Source: the human T2T-CHM13v2.0 reference genome, Homo sapiens. Taken from it: a stretch of 64,000 bases of DNA. The translations under genes were made by a program, and so were the position numbers. Under the pieces are notes generated by a model that saw nothing but the letters and a program-made list of their open reading frames with translations, made no database searches and had not been told where the DNA came from. Of the stretch, positions 15,574 through 31,076 are shown piece after piece. How positions within the stretch are numbered: position 1 is the stretch's first letter; every line of letters begins with the position of its first letter. The stretch lies in assembly GCF_009914755.1 (NCBI RefSeq), contig NC_060934.1. The stretch is one strand, 5' to 3'.

Positions 15574-16229
15574 AACTTTAAGGACATAATTAAGTAGACA
15601 ACCTCATGACTTGAACACATGGTTAATAGTAATAATTGGATTGACATCCATATAGTTCTCCTCTGTTTTAGGAGAGGGCTGGTTTTTTTTTTTTAAATAT
15701 TGATCCATTTTCGTGCTTTGTATAGTAACCCAATGAGGTAGAAGTGATTACCGCCACCCTTTTACTGATTACAACACCTGGGGTTCTGAGCGCCAGCCAC
15801 TTGGTGAGGATTGCGGGGCCAGGGCACTCTGGTCCCAAAGCTCTGATTCCCACGGGCTTTCCTGCTGAGTCACGCTGTCTGCTGGGAGCTGTTGACCCGC
15901 CGTCTCTTTCTCTGACTTCCACCCGATAATTCTACATGGCTCTGCAATAAGCAGCTTTTTTCTTATTATTTCCTACAAATACATAGGTTACACTCTGATT
16001 AAAGGCAGAATACACATCTTGAATTAAGGGGAAGGCTGAAGCCTGGAATTCTTCCCATCTCTAATCCTGCCTGGTCACTGAAGTTCCTGAGTCCTCAGCT
16101 CAGGTCTGAGGCAGCCCTGCCCAGCAGGGACGGAAACTGCAGCTTTTTCATGTTCCTCTGCCTCCCTCTAGTGACTCAAGTCCAAAATAGTGCGGCTGGG
16201 AACTATTGGAAGAACACAGACGCTGCAAA

Positions 16230-16566
16230 GAAGCTGGAAACCATCATTCTCGGCAAACTAACACAAGAACAGAAAACCAAACACCGCATGTTCTCACTCA
16301 TAAGTGGGAGTTGAACAATGAGAACGCATGGACGCAGGGAGGGGAACATCACACACCGGGGCCTGTTGGGGGATTGGGGACTAGGGGAGGGATAGCATTA
16401 GGAGAAATACCTAATGTTGATGGGTGCAGGAGACCACCATGGCACGTGCATACCTATGTAACAAAACTGCGTGTTCTGCACATCTACCCCAGAACTTAAA
16501 CTATGATTTTAAAAAACCCCAAAAGAGTGCAATTTCAATGCCAAAAAAAAAAAAAAAAAAAAAAAA
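16230..16566 (+). mobile_element. L1PA 3' end (5'-truncated) with A tail
   Basis: gaagctggaaaccatcattctc...gttctcactcataagtggga...cccagaacttaaa. Confidence 0.92.
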
Positions 16567-16760
16567 GCTGAGCTTCATCTATTCCTTCCGCTCTTTCCTC
16601 CCTCACGCCTACCATGTGTGAAGCACTGTACCCAACATGAAGGACACAGACAGAAAAGCCTGACTCCGCATCTCCCTGCTCGGGTTGCCTTGGCAACTTC
16701 TCCGTGTACCCAAAGAAGCAAAGGGGACTTAACAATTTCAAAGAAGAGTGGCAGTAACTA

Positions 16761-17120
<360 letters not shown>

Positions 17121-18366
17121 TTAGGACCACTTTTTAATTCAGTGTCTGCACACTATCTCCTGACCACCTGGCTGCTGCTTTTCCTCCCTGCTTCCTGTCC
17201 TCCCTTCCTCTCTACCTTGCTCTACTCTCCTATCCCTTCACTGGTGCTCCTTTTGTGTTTTATCTCCTCTGCCAATCAACATGCAGGGCAAGGAAGCCAG
17301 GCATAGCACCGGGCACTGGCCGGCCCTGCTGGTCGCTCTCATGCCTGAAGCTCTGTGCTAAAACACCTAGTTTCCGGCAATGTGCAGACGGTGGACACTC
17401 AGAGGTGGGGTGCGGCAGGAGTCAGACTTCTCAAGGACACCATAGTGTGGCAAACACTAAGGAGTTCGCTGCCAGTGTCTTAGTCGGAGTAGGGCAAGGC
17501 TATGGAGTAGGGTCCCTTCTATTTGGAAAAGAGAAAAGTGCTTCTGATGTTATTTTTATATAATGATCCAGGCAGCTTGGTTTGACCATCCAACACCTGC
17601 AGAGCCCAGCTCAGCATTCATGTCTTCATTCCCCTCTGCTATCTCTGGGGCATATCCAGTGTCCCTGAACCGTGAGTTCCCGGCTCACTCTCAGGTTTCT
17701 GCCGACTTTGGTGGGTCTAAGATGAGACCTTTGGTAACCACAGAAACAAAGCTTCTCCCCATGCTCATGGCCTGAGGAAGCTTTGGAAAGGTGTTATATG
17801 GATGTTTCAAATGCTGTGTCAGACCATTTTAATCTACGCACCTCTTATTATTGTGTCTGAGCACAATGTATTGCAATCCAGTGTTTATCTCTCCTATTGA
17901 AATGGAGACAGCTAAAGGGTCTGCATGATGCTAACTGAATTTTGTATTCCCAGTGCCTAAGACATAGTTGGTGCTCGATAATTGTTTGTTTCAGGGATAA
18001 ATGAATGAAAAAAAAAATGAATGAGTAATCATTAGCCTCAGCAATACTTTGTTCCCAAAGTCACACACACACTCATTTATTTCCTCCTAAGAACAGATGC
18101 TAGGCCAACAGGTCTTCATGATTTTACAATCTCTATGGTGACAGATAAGACATTAGGGTGCATATGAGGAAAAGATAGGAGATAGCAGGATACGAAGGCC
18201 TAAAAAGGGGGAGAGGAAATGGAGAAAAAGTGCCTACAGATTCTAATAACTGAGAGACAATTTTTAGGATTATGGTCACAGTTTTAGTAGCAAGAATAAA
18301 AAAATACAGAATTCTACCCTTTCCTTGCCAAGATTAGATAAGGGCAAAAATCCTTTAATGGCATTA

Positions 18367-18430
18367 AAGAGAAAGAGAAAAGAAAAAACTAGAGAGAGAG
18401 AGAGAGAGAAAGGGAGAGAAGGGGGGGGGG

Positions 18431-18470
<40 letters not shown>
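18367..18470. repeat. (GA)n / poly-G purine tract
   Basis: Seen directly. Confidence 0.95.
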
Positions 18471-18474
<4 letters not shown>

Positions 18475-18554
18475 ATGGCCAGAGGTCTAACTCAAATACT
18501 TGCAATGTTCAGATAAAAAACCCTCTTCCATGCCAGACTCTGACAATGGATTCA

Positions 18555-19188
18555 TTCTTTCTTTCGTTCTTTCTTTTCTTTCTTTCCTTCTTTCTTTCTT
18601 TTTTCTCTTTCTTTCTCTCTTTCTTTCTCTTTCCTTTCTTCCTTCCTTTTTTCCTTTTTTCTTTCTTTCTCTCTTTCCTTTCTTTCTCTGTCTCTCCTTC
18701 CTCCCTCCTTCCTTCCTTCCCTTCCTTCCTTACTTCCATCCTTTCTTCCTTCTTTCTCTTTCTTTCTTTTTTTCTCTCTCTCTTTCTCTCTTTCTTTCTC
18801 TCTTTCCTTTCTTCCTTCCTTTCTTTCCTTTTTTCTCTTTTTCTTTCTCTCTTTCCTTTCTTCCTTCCTTTCTTTCCTTTTTTCTTTCTTTCTCTCTCTC
18901 TCCTTCCTCCCTCCTTCCTTCCTCCCTTCCCTTCCTTCCTTCCATCCTTTCTTCCTTCCTTCACTCCTTCCTTCCTTCTTTCTCTCTCTTTCATTCTTTC
19001 TTTCCTTCTTTCTTTCTTTCTTTCCTTCTTTCTTTCTCTTCCTTCCTTTCTTTCCTTTTTTCTTTCTTTCTCTCTCTCTCTCCTTCCTCCCTCCTTCCTT
19101 CCTCCCTTCCCTTCCCTTCCTTCCTTCCTTCTATCCTTCCTTCCTTCCTTCCTTCTCTCTCTCTCTCTTTCTTTCTTTCTTTCCTTCT
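18555..19188. repeat. ~630-bp polypyrimidine (TTTC/TTCC/TC)n tract at an Alu tail
   Basis: Seen directly; abuts the tail of a minus-strand Alu. Confidence 0.95.
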
Positions 19189-19466
19189 GACATGGGGTCT
19201 CACTCTGTTGTCTAGGCTGGAGTGCAGTGGCACAATCTTAGCTCACTGCAATCTCTGCCTCCCACAAGTGATCTTCCAACCTCGGCCTCCCAGATAGCTG
19301 GGTCCACAGGTGCACGCCACCACACCCTGCTAATTTTTTGTATTTTTGGTAGAGACAGGGTTTCACCATGTTGGCCAGGCTGGTCTCAAACTCCTGAGCT
19401 AAAGCAATCTGCCCATCTCAGCCTCCCAGAGTGTTGGGATTACAGGCGTGAGCCACCGCGCCCGGT
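19185..19466 (-). mobile_element. Alu (AluJ-like)
   Basis: Dimer. Confidence 0.92.
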
Positions 19467-19860
19467 CAGATTCTGTTTTTCATAGTGAGAGCTTCACAAC
19501 AAACAGATGTGTTTCCTTGGGAAGCAGTGTTCCTTCAGGCAGATCTGTGCACTGGGCAGCTCTCCGTTTGCCGTCCTCTCATCTTGACTTTCGTGAACTC
19601 TCTCCTTTTGCGTCCTGGACCCCACCCAGGGAACTGCTCACTGCCTTGCTGGCAGGTTTGCAAATCACCCATGACAATAACTTACGTGTTTATTACCCAG
19701 TGCTATTGGCATTTTCACTGGGGAACTCCAGCGCCCCGCAAGTCTTTCTGACCTCAAGAATAAGGTTTTTAATAGCCAAGTGTTAAGTGTGGTGGAATGG
19801 GAAGGTGGATATTTTGGAAGAGGGAATTTGCCTTGCGTCTTCCCAACTATGCCCAAGAGC

Positions 19861-19872
19861 CCACTAGATGGC
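19861..19872 (+). promoter_or_regulatory. Candidate CTCF site
   Basis: CCACTAGATGGC matches the CCASYAGRKGGC core; motif evidence only. Confidence 0.4.
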
Positions 19873-21599
19873 TCAAGTTCTTTATCCTGCTCTTTGCAAA
19901 TGGACTGTCGCATGATTCTAGGTCTAGAGGAAGCTGATTGCTGCTACTGGAAGGGTCAGGCTTTGAAGGACAAGTGCGGGAGTGCTGGCTACTTTATGGT
20001 ACTCTATGACTGGTGCACCCATGTGCCCATGGGGAGCAATGACAGCTCCAAAATCTCACAGGTTGGCACCTGTTACCAATGTTGTCCCATTTCCATGCAG
20101 CTGGGAGACCCTCAGTGGGAATGATGATTTCTTCTTGGTATAACCTCAAGTCAGGCATGTTGCTACCAAGAGCTCGCACATTCAGAGGGCCCATCCTGGA
20201 GGACATTTGGGCCATTTGTTTTGGGCCTTTGTTGCAACTAACACTTTTCATATTTTACCAACATGGAGAAAGAGCATTATGATAATAATGCCCTTTGGAA
20301 TTGAGATTAGATTATAAGGAGTGAAATCTAAAGCATTGTGTGAATTTAAAATATACAACATTTTAGAAAAATCCTTGGGTTAGAATTAACTTATGTTAGA
20401 AACTGGAGATGCCTTAGAGTGCCTATATCATCCTAAAATTGTTCTTTTTAAAATTCAGAACTGTGTTCCAGACAGTTTCTAACACCAAATAATCAAGCTA
20501 CTTTTTTTTTTTTTTCATGACTAAAGTAGGAAAAATTTGCACAATGGGGCCCGTGTTCTTTTGAGCTCTAACCTGTGGTTCCAGAATTCGGCTGTAAAAT
20601 AATGTTCGCTGAAGTCGCTCCCCAGTGGCTAAAATTGTGATTGCAGATTATACCAATGCAGAATTTGTTGTATGGTACTGAGTAATTTTTAATTACAATT
20701 TTAAATTACTTTCCCAGTTTATTTTAATGTTTCAATAAAGTTTTTTTGAAAAAGGAAAAAGAGAGTCACTTTCTAGTCAATGTGTTATGTTTAACCAGAA
20801 GGCTATTATAATTTTTATAGACACAAAACAGTTCTGAATAATGCCATGAAACGAATATGTCTTTGTGCAGATCTTATGATAATATGTTCATTCTGGAGTA
20901 AGATGTGCCGCCTGAGGCACTGAGGGAATGGCTCACCGTCATTACCATGGGTACTCACTCACCACTGTCAAAACCAACAAGGAAGCAGAGTTTCAGCCAC
21001 TTTTAAACGATACTTTTCAGCTACAAGATGCAAATGTTTGGTTGATCTAGTGTAAGATTAATTAGAATGTCTCATATGAGTACAGAAACATGCATTTTCA
21101 GTACGATGATTTAAGCGCAGCTGATAAAGTTGAAATGAACGAATGCACTTCGAATATGCAAAATATACCGTCCTTTGTATTTCCTCGGGGGTAAAGCCCT
21201 TTGAAAAGATCAATGAGTGAAGTTTAAAAACCACAGGCATCATTTTTCTAATTTCACAAACCCAAAAAGAGCTGTGGGTTCTAACAGATCACTCTAAAGA
21301 ATTTGGTAATTCATCTATCCAACTTTCACTCTGCAAATGTTCAGCTCTGTTGCGGGCTGGAGACATGAGACAGAGAAGATGCAATCCCATGCCGGCTGAG
21401 CTTGCAGGTAAGCGAGCACCCAGTCCTGAATGCAGTGGGCGTGCATGGTGCCGGGGTGTGGGGGGTGTGAGGGGATGAGTGGGGGCATAAGAGGCATCTG
21501 GAGGGGGCGATATTGGAGCAGAAATCAGGAGGAGGCGTTCAAGTGAGGGGGAATGACTTCCAGGCAGCAGCTTGTGTCGGGCCCAGAAGCAAGCATGTG

Positions 21600-21905
21600 G
21601 TGTGCTTGGAAAGCTACATGTGTGCGCATGCATGCATGTGTGGTGTACATGTTCAGTGTGTGTGTGTGTGTGTGTGTATGGTGTGTATGTATGGTGTTTG
21701 TGTCATGTGTATGGTGTGTTCATGTGTGTGTATGGCATGTGTGTATGGCGTGTGAATGTGTGATTGTGTGTGGTATGTGCATGGGACATGCACATCTGTG
21801 GTGTTCGCATATATGATGTGTGTATATGGGTTGCATGTGAATGAATGTGTGTGGTATGTGCATGTGACGTGTACATACATGGTGTGTGTGGTGTGTGTGT
21901 TCATG
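21600..21905. repeat. (TG)-rich low-complexity repeat
   Basis: Seen directly. Confidence 0.93.
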
Positions 21906-22539
21906 TAACAGACAGAACAGTGTAATGAATCTCCATGGTCCCATTATCTAGATTCAATTCATGGCCAATTTTGTTTCATCCATATCCCCACCTAACTCAT
22001 TCTCCCTAGTATTCAAGCAAATCCCATATATCATATCATTTTATCTGTAAAATCCTTATGTGTATTTGTAAATAAGTATAAAATGATATATCTATCTTGA
22101 AACTTCTCTAAAAATGTTCTTTTTAAAACCTAGCCACAATACTGTTATCACACCAAGAAAATTAACATTAATGTTTAGTAGTATCAAGTCTTTAGTCAGT
22201 TGTTCAAATTTCCAGTGGTCTTGTGTCAGTTTTTTTTTTTTTTTTTTTTTTTTTACATTTTTTGGAATCAGGATCCGGATAAGGGCCATATACTGTGATT
22301 CACTGATGTCTTTTAAGTTGTATTGGACCTATAGTTTTATCTCCCCTACTTTTCCTTGCAATTTATTTATTGACACTTATCTTAGGGAATTGCTCAGTTT
22401 AGATTTTGCTGATTACATCTCCAGGGTGTACTTTGACATATTATTCTGTGTTCTGTATTTCTTACAAATTAGTACTTGGACATAGACATTTGACCAAACT
22501 CAGGTTTGATTGATGGATTTAGTTTTTTTGGCAAGGCCA

Positions 22540-22834
22540 CTTTTTGTTTTTTTTGAGATGGAGTCTCACTCTTGTCGCCCCCGCTATGCACTGGCTAGAT
22601 CTCAGCTCACTGCAACTTCTGCCTCCTGGCTTCAAGTGATTCTCCTGCCTCAGCCTCCCAAGTAGCTGGGATTACAGGCGCCTGCCACCACACCCAGCTA
22701 ATTTTTGTATTTTTAGTAGAGATGGGGTTTCACCATGTTGGCCAGGTTGGTCTTGAACCCCTGACTTCAGGTGATCCTCCCACCTTGGCCTCCCAAAGTG
22801 CTGGGATTACAGGCGTGAGCCACTGCGCCTAGCC
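22540..22834 (-). mobile_element. Alu (AluS)
   Basis: Dimer; TSD ttggcaag. Confidence 0.93.
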
Positions 22835-23469
22835 TTGGCAAGACTGCTTTAGAGAGAGTATTCTGTTCTTCATGTGATAAACATTTCCTGAGACCCAGTT
22901 GTCTTTCTTTTGGAGATGTTAGTAGCTGTTTATTAACTCATTGGAAGATGCTATTTATCCACTCAAACGTTTATGGGATTTAGGTTGTTGATAGGTTTTT
23001 GCTGTTATGAACAATGCTGCTCTCCATATTCTTACACTGCCTCCTGGTAATAGCTTGAATATGAATTTACGCAGAAGTGGAACGGTGGTCATAGAGCATG
23101 TTCAGATTCAGTTTTACTAGTCAATTCCAAATTGTTTTCCGAAGCTACTGTTGCAGTTTACACTTTGATCAGCAGGGGATTCATGAAGTGAATTTTGTGC
23201 AGTTTGCTTTCTGGTCTCACTTTTCAAGTTTTGCCAGTCTCATGGATATATACTGGTTTTTCATTTTCACAGTGAGAGAGAGGGGAAAGGAAATTAGTGT
23301 TTTAAGTGACCAAGGATGTTTGTCACCATCCACTAGTAACTGGCCCAAGGAGGACAGTGGAAAAAGAATGAAATCTGGATGTATGTTGCTTGTGACCTTA
23401 TAGAACAGGCATTAATATGGGTGTTCCCCGCAGCCAGAAGTTGAAGTATCTATTTCTTTTTCTGTTTTA

Positions 23470-23774
<305 letters not shown>

Positions 23775-24879
23775 TCTTTTTCATTTTACATACACTTTCT
23801 GGAATTTCCAATTGGAATTTCATTTCAGCTATTCCTGAAAGAACTTTCAAATGACACAGTTTTGATAATATGTTTTCTTCCATTTAGATTAAATGTGGGT
23901 AACTCTACAGAAGGTTTTTTTTTTATAGCTTGGAGGAGATAATGTAGCATAAATATTGATATATTGAAAAGCTATCATTTTCATGGAATGGGAAAAATAG
24001 CTAGAATTAAGATAGCAAGCTAAGATAAAGTCTCTGTGTTCATGCAGTTACTCCAATGCCAAAATTACAAGTCTTATAATGTAGAAAGGTTAGTTCATTA
24101 TGCCTTGGTGAAATGTGTTAAAAAGCTGTTTGTTGCCACGACAAACAGAAAGTTTAAGAGCCTGCTCAGCTTCTCCATTGGAAGAAGATTGGCAGAAGCT
24201 CATAAACTATGAAGGGGAAGGAGTGCAAGTCAGCCCTTTTACCCTCTGGGCTACTCACTGCTCAACGAATGTCTCCACGCTCTTCCTGTTGCATTCAATA
24301 GCCATTACTTACCACTGACAAGAAATCCTAGGCTTCCTTGGATGAGCTGAAATGCTGTTACCCAGCTGTTCTCAGGCCTTTCTTATTTCCTGCTTTGGTC
24401 TGATGATCTGTTGTTTCCTTTTGAGATGATTTGCAATTTGTTCTTCTTAAGGGACATTTATGGGGTCATTTCAAGTGTTACTTACTTGACAAGATATGTT
24501 AAAGTGATGTAAATCCTTAAGTTAAATGAACAAAGCTCTTAATTGGAATTGGAAGTGCCAGAGATCACAGCTGGTTTTCTGTTTGGAATACTCCATCATA
24601 CCAGCTGAGTGAAGCTGCTGCCTTCTTGGGAGGAAATGTAGGGCAGAGGGTGGGGCTTTATTTCTAGGTCAGCAGCTGCTGAGGTTAACTCAAAACAATG
24701 ACATCACCCAGGGCTCTAAGTAGCAGTGGTGTTTGGAAATGCACAGGGGCATCTGGGTTTTCAAAATAGCCTGGGGGTGTTGGTGGTGGGCATGATTGGC
24801 ATTTAGTGCTTGGGAGCCAGGTAGACAAAATGTCTTACAATGAGTTGAGCAATTCCACCCAGCAAAGAATAGTCTTGTC

Positions 24880-25225
<346 letters not shown>

Positions 25226-25734
25226 TTAGAGCTAGCACGCTGATCTTTGAGTTTTACGGAAAAATCAATTGTTCTTAGGTCATCGGTATATTTTGTAGCC
25301 TCTAGCTTATAATGAGAGAGGAGTCTACATAGTTCATAGAGGGACTCAATTATCTGATAGTATTTCGGCTTTCTGTTCTTTAAGCTCTTTATCAGTTAGT
25401 GAGGACAATCATAGCCCCTCCCTTTTATAGTCATTATGGAGATTAAAGGAGTTGATGTATTTAAAGCACTTAGAAAGTTCCCTGGCACATAGTAGGCACT
25501 CAGTAAATATTAGCTATGATTATTTTTTTCCTCATGCCCCTTGGGAAAACTTGGCATTGCTTGACAGTTATTCCAGAAACATCACTCTAGCCTCAGAAAT
25601 CTCCAAAAGGTCCGGTGATATTTTCCCTAGGAGGAGACAAATTCCTATGGTGGTAAGTGATTGAAAAAAGGGATCATAATAACACAATAGAAGGACATCA
25701 AAAACAAATAAAACTGACTTCCTGATTTTGTCTA

Positions 25735-25930
25735 GAGATTGGCAAATTTAGCCTTTAGACCGAACCCTGTTCTGTAAGTAAAGTTTCATTGGGACACCCA
25801 TTTGTTTCCGTATTGGCCGTGACTGTTTTTGCACAGCAGGGTTGAGTAGTTGCAACACAGACTGTATGGCTGTCAAAACCTAAAATATTGGCTAAATTGT
25901 CCTTTACAGAAACATTTGCTGACCCTGGTA
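25735..25930. mobile_element. MER58-like DNA transposon
   Basis: ggcaaat...taaagtttcattgg...tttacagaaacatttgctgaccc. Confidence 0.6.
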
Positions 25931-26245
25931 CATAGTTTACATTATGAGTTGGCTACTCATCACTGTCACCTGAGGGCCACATCTTATCAAAGCTCAGAGA
26001 GATAAACACAAAGGGTTTAGGATGAAGTGTTTTACAGGGATAGTAATGCCATATAATGATGATGATGATAGATAACACTTATTTGTTTACTATGGTCACA
26101 CACACTTCTAAGTATTTGATAGATACTAAGTCTTTTTGATAAACACAAAAATGCCCAGCATCTCAGTACTCCCTCAAGTTTATTCAGTCACTGGCAAAAT
26201 TAGCCTATGAACCCAGACAATAGCTGGAAGTTGAGGAGAAACTTA

Positions 26246-26387
26246 TTTTTTTAAGAGATGATGTCTTCCTCTGTTGCCCAAGTTGGAGAGTAATGGTGCC
26301 ATCATAGCTCAAGCTCCTCGACTCAAGAGATTCTCCCACCTCAGCCTCTGAGTAGCTAGGACTACAGGCATATGCCATCATGCTTGG
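26246..26387 (-). mobile_element. Alu monomer fragment
   Basis: Single degenerate arm. Confidence 0.75.
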
Positions 26388-27123
26388 GAAAAGAGGAGTG
26401 ACTTTTAAATGTGATGGATTTATGGTAAGAAGACTCTAAAGTCATATTTGGGCAAAGGAGTGTTTAGTTATCTTCGAATTCGCTTTAAGATGTAAAAGAA
26501 ATTTATCATCCTCAAATCAGTTTAGAGATTCAATGGAATTCCAATAAAAATATCAAAAGGGAGTTTTAAAAAGTGAAATTAAAGCTAACTTTAAAGTTCA
26601 TTTGTAATAGCACATGTGTAAGAATATAGAAGAAAAACATCTAAAAGAACTGCCTTGCTAAGATATCAAAGCATGCTATAAAGTGATAACAACCAAAACA
26701 CTTGGTTCTCGATGTTAGAACAAACAGCTCAATAGATCATAACAGGTGATATTCAAAGATACGCAAAGATATGTATGGTAAAATAATTCACAACAAAGAT
26801 AGAATTTTAAGTCAGTGGGGGAAGGACAGATCCATTCAGAAAACAGCATTGAGTCACTTGGTTATCCATTTGGAAAATCAATAAGGTTAGATGCCTATCT
26901 CACGTCATATATTAAATTCATGATTGATTAGATCAGAACCTCCTGACCAATGTGCACACTGGTATAGCGTAAGCGGGTTACAAGTGACTTGAGTTATTGA
27001 TCCCTCAGTGGGCCACTAGGTACAGCCTGGTATTGTCAGTACTCCTAGGCTGGTTGCTGCCTTCCACAATCACTTATGAGCACAATTGCTCGTGTACTCT
27101 AGTTTTCTGTACAAACATTACAA

Positions 27124-27431
27124 TTTTATTTTTTATTTTTTATTTTTTTTGAGACGGAGTCTCACTCTGTTGCCCAGGCTGGAGTGCAGTGGCTCCATCT
27201 CGGCTCACTGCAAGCTCCGCCTCCTGGGTTCACGCCATTCTCCTGCCTCAGCCTCCTGAATAGCTGGGACTACAGGCACCCGCCACCACGCCCGGCTAAT
27301 TTTTTGTATGTTTAGTAGAGACGGGGTTTCGCCATGTTAGCCAGGATGGTTTCGATCTCCTGACCTTGTGATCAGCCCGCCTAGGCCTCCCAAAGTGCTG
27401 GGCTTACAGGCGTGAGCCACTCTGCCCGGCC
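27124..27431 (-). mobile_element. AluY
   Basis: AluY diagnostics; TSD aaacat.acaatttt. Confidence 0.95.
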
Positions 27432-27654
27432 TTAAACATCACAATTTTCTATGTTTTCAACCACTCTAAAAAAGTTAGGCTTACTTTAAACAGCAAAAAA
27501 CAAATGAAATATAAATATTAAAACTTCTCATCAATGTCACCAATAAAAACAGTATCTCCCTACATTCCCTGGGCTCCTCTGCAACAACCTATTCTTCAAC
27601 ATGAATATTTTTAATCCTTAGGAAGATGTAGACATGGGAGGATAAAAAATTATG

Positions 27655-28034
27655 TCACACACACACACACACACACACTAGGAAGCACTGGATTAAATGC
27701 CACTTGTGCGCACACACACACACACACACTAGGAAGCACTGGATTAAATGCCACTTGTGCACACACACACACACACACACACTAGGAAGCACTGGATTAA
27801 ATGCCACTTGTGCACACACACACACACTAGGAAGCACTGGATTAAATGCCACTTGTGCACACACACACACTAGGAAGCACTGGATTAAATGCCACTTGTG
27901 CGCGCGCACACACACACACACTAGGAAGCACTGGATTAAATGCCACTTGTGCACACACACACACTAGGAAGCACTGGATTAAATGCCACTTGTGCGCGTG
28001 CACACACACACACACTAGGAAGCACTGGATTAAA
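27655..28034. repeat. Composite minisatellite: 8 x TAGGAAGCACTGGATTAAA(TGCCACTTGTG) separated by variable (CA)n/(CG)n
   Basis: Cores start at about 27679, 27730, 27783, 27828, 27871, 27922, 27965 and 28016 (last one partial); the cores are identical. Confidence 0.97.
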
Positions 28035-28054
28035 CAGCTAAAAGAAAAATATTT

Positions 28055-29580
<1,526 letters not shown>

Positions 29581-29897
29581 CATATATATATATATATATA
29601 TATACACACTTACTCAAAATTTACAGGAAATTTCAGCTCATTCATGAACTTCAGGTTAAGAACTTTCTAATTTAGCTTAAGGAGGTGAAGGCATGAGAAC
29701 AAGCTTGTGGTAAGGTGGAGGGAACAAGTCATACTGCACACCAGTGGTTAAAGTCTGGTCACTGCCATTGTAGAATTCCCTCTGTGCTGAGATCCCCAGA
29801 ACCATATGTTTGTACTATTCTGGGATTGTTTGGGTCAAGTTATAAATGAAGCCCCATTGTTGACAATTGCTGCTAATGTTTCTCTCTCTCTCTCTCT

Positions 29898-30208
<311 letters not shown>

Positions 30209-30344
30209 TGAAAAAGGAATGGACCACTTTATAGAATACTTGGCAAATAAGCCTGTAGGAATCAAATATTTATTAGGATATAGCCATTTGGATTCTTGAT
30301 ATGATTGACCAGACATACAATGAGTGCAAAATACAAAGATTCTT

Positions 30345-31076
30345 CTTTTTTTTAAATTTAATTGAATTTTTTATTTCAATAGTTTTTTTTGGGGGTGCAG
30401 GTGGTTTTTGGTTACATGGATACGTTCTTTAGCGGTGATTTCTGAGATTTTGGTGCACCCATTACCTGAGCAGTGTGCACTGTACCTACTGTGTAGACCT
30501 TGTCCCTCAGCCCCTCCACCCTTCCCCTTGAGTCCCTAAAGTCCATTATTTCATTCTTATGCCTTTGCATCCTCATAGCTTAGCTCCTACTTATAAATGA
30601 GAACATATGATGTTTGGTTTTCCATTCCTGAGTTACTTCACTTATAATAATTGTCTCTAGCTCCATCCAAGTTGCTGCAAAAGACATTATTTCATTCCTT
30701 TTTATGGCTGAGTAGTGTGCTATGGTGTATATAGACCACATTTTCTTTATGCACTCATTGGTTGATGGGCACTTAGGTTGGTTTCATATCTTTGCAGTTG
30801 TGAATTGTGCTGTTATAAGCATACATGTGCAAATGTCTTTTTCATAGAAGGACTTTTTTTCCCTTTGGGTACACACCCAGTAGTGGGATTGCTGGATTGA
30901 ATGGTAGTTCTACTTTTGGTTCTTCAAGGAATCTCCACACTGTTTTCCGCAGTGGTTGTACTAGTTTACATTCCCACCAGCAGCGTAAAAGTGTTGTCTT
31001 TTCACCACATCCCTGCCAACATCTATTATTTTTTGACTTTTAAATTATGATCATTCTTGCAGGAGTAAGGTGGTAT
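30345..31076 (-). mobile_element. L1PB/L1MA 3' end
   Basis: Antisense L1 3' UTR (ggttacatgga...gagattttggtgcaccc...tgagaacatatgatgtttgg); flanked by gattcttctt on both sides. Confidence 0.88.

Noticed and set aside
18471-19297. 239-aa and 265-aa Phe/Leu/Ser ORFs and Lys/Arg/Glu ORFs
   Set aside because: Artefacts of the polypyrimidine tract plus Alu.
20560-20765. AATAAA followed by an A-rich run, suggesting a processed pseudogene end
   Set aside because: No TSD, ORF or recognisable parent; a BLAST search would be needed.
27655-28034. CRISPR-like repeat-spacer appearance
   Set aside because: Spacers are CA/CG microsatellites rather than unique sequences, there are no cas genes, and the context is primate.
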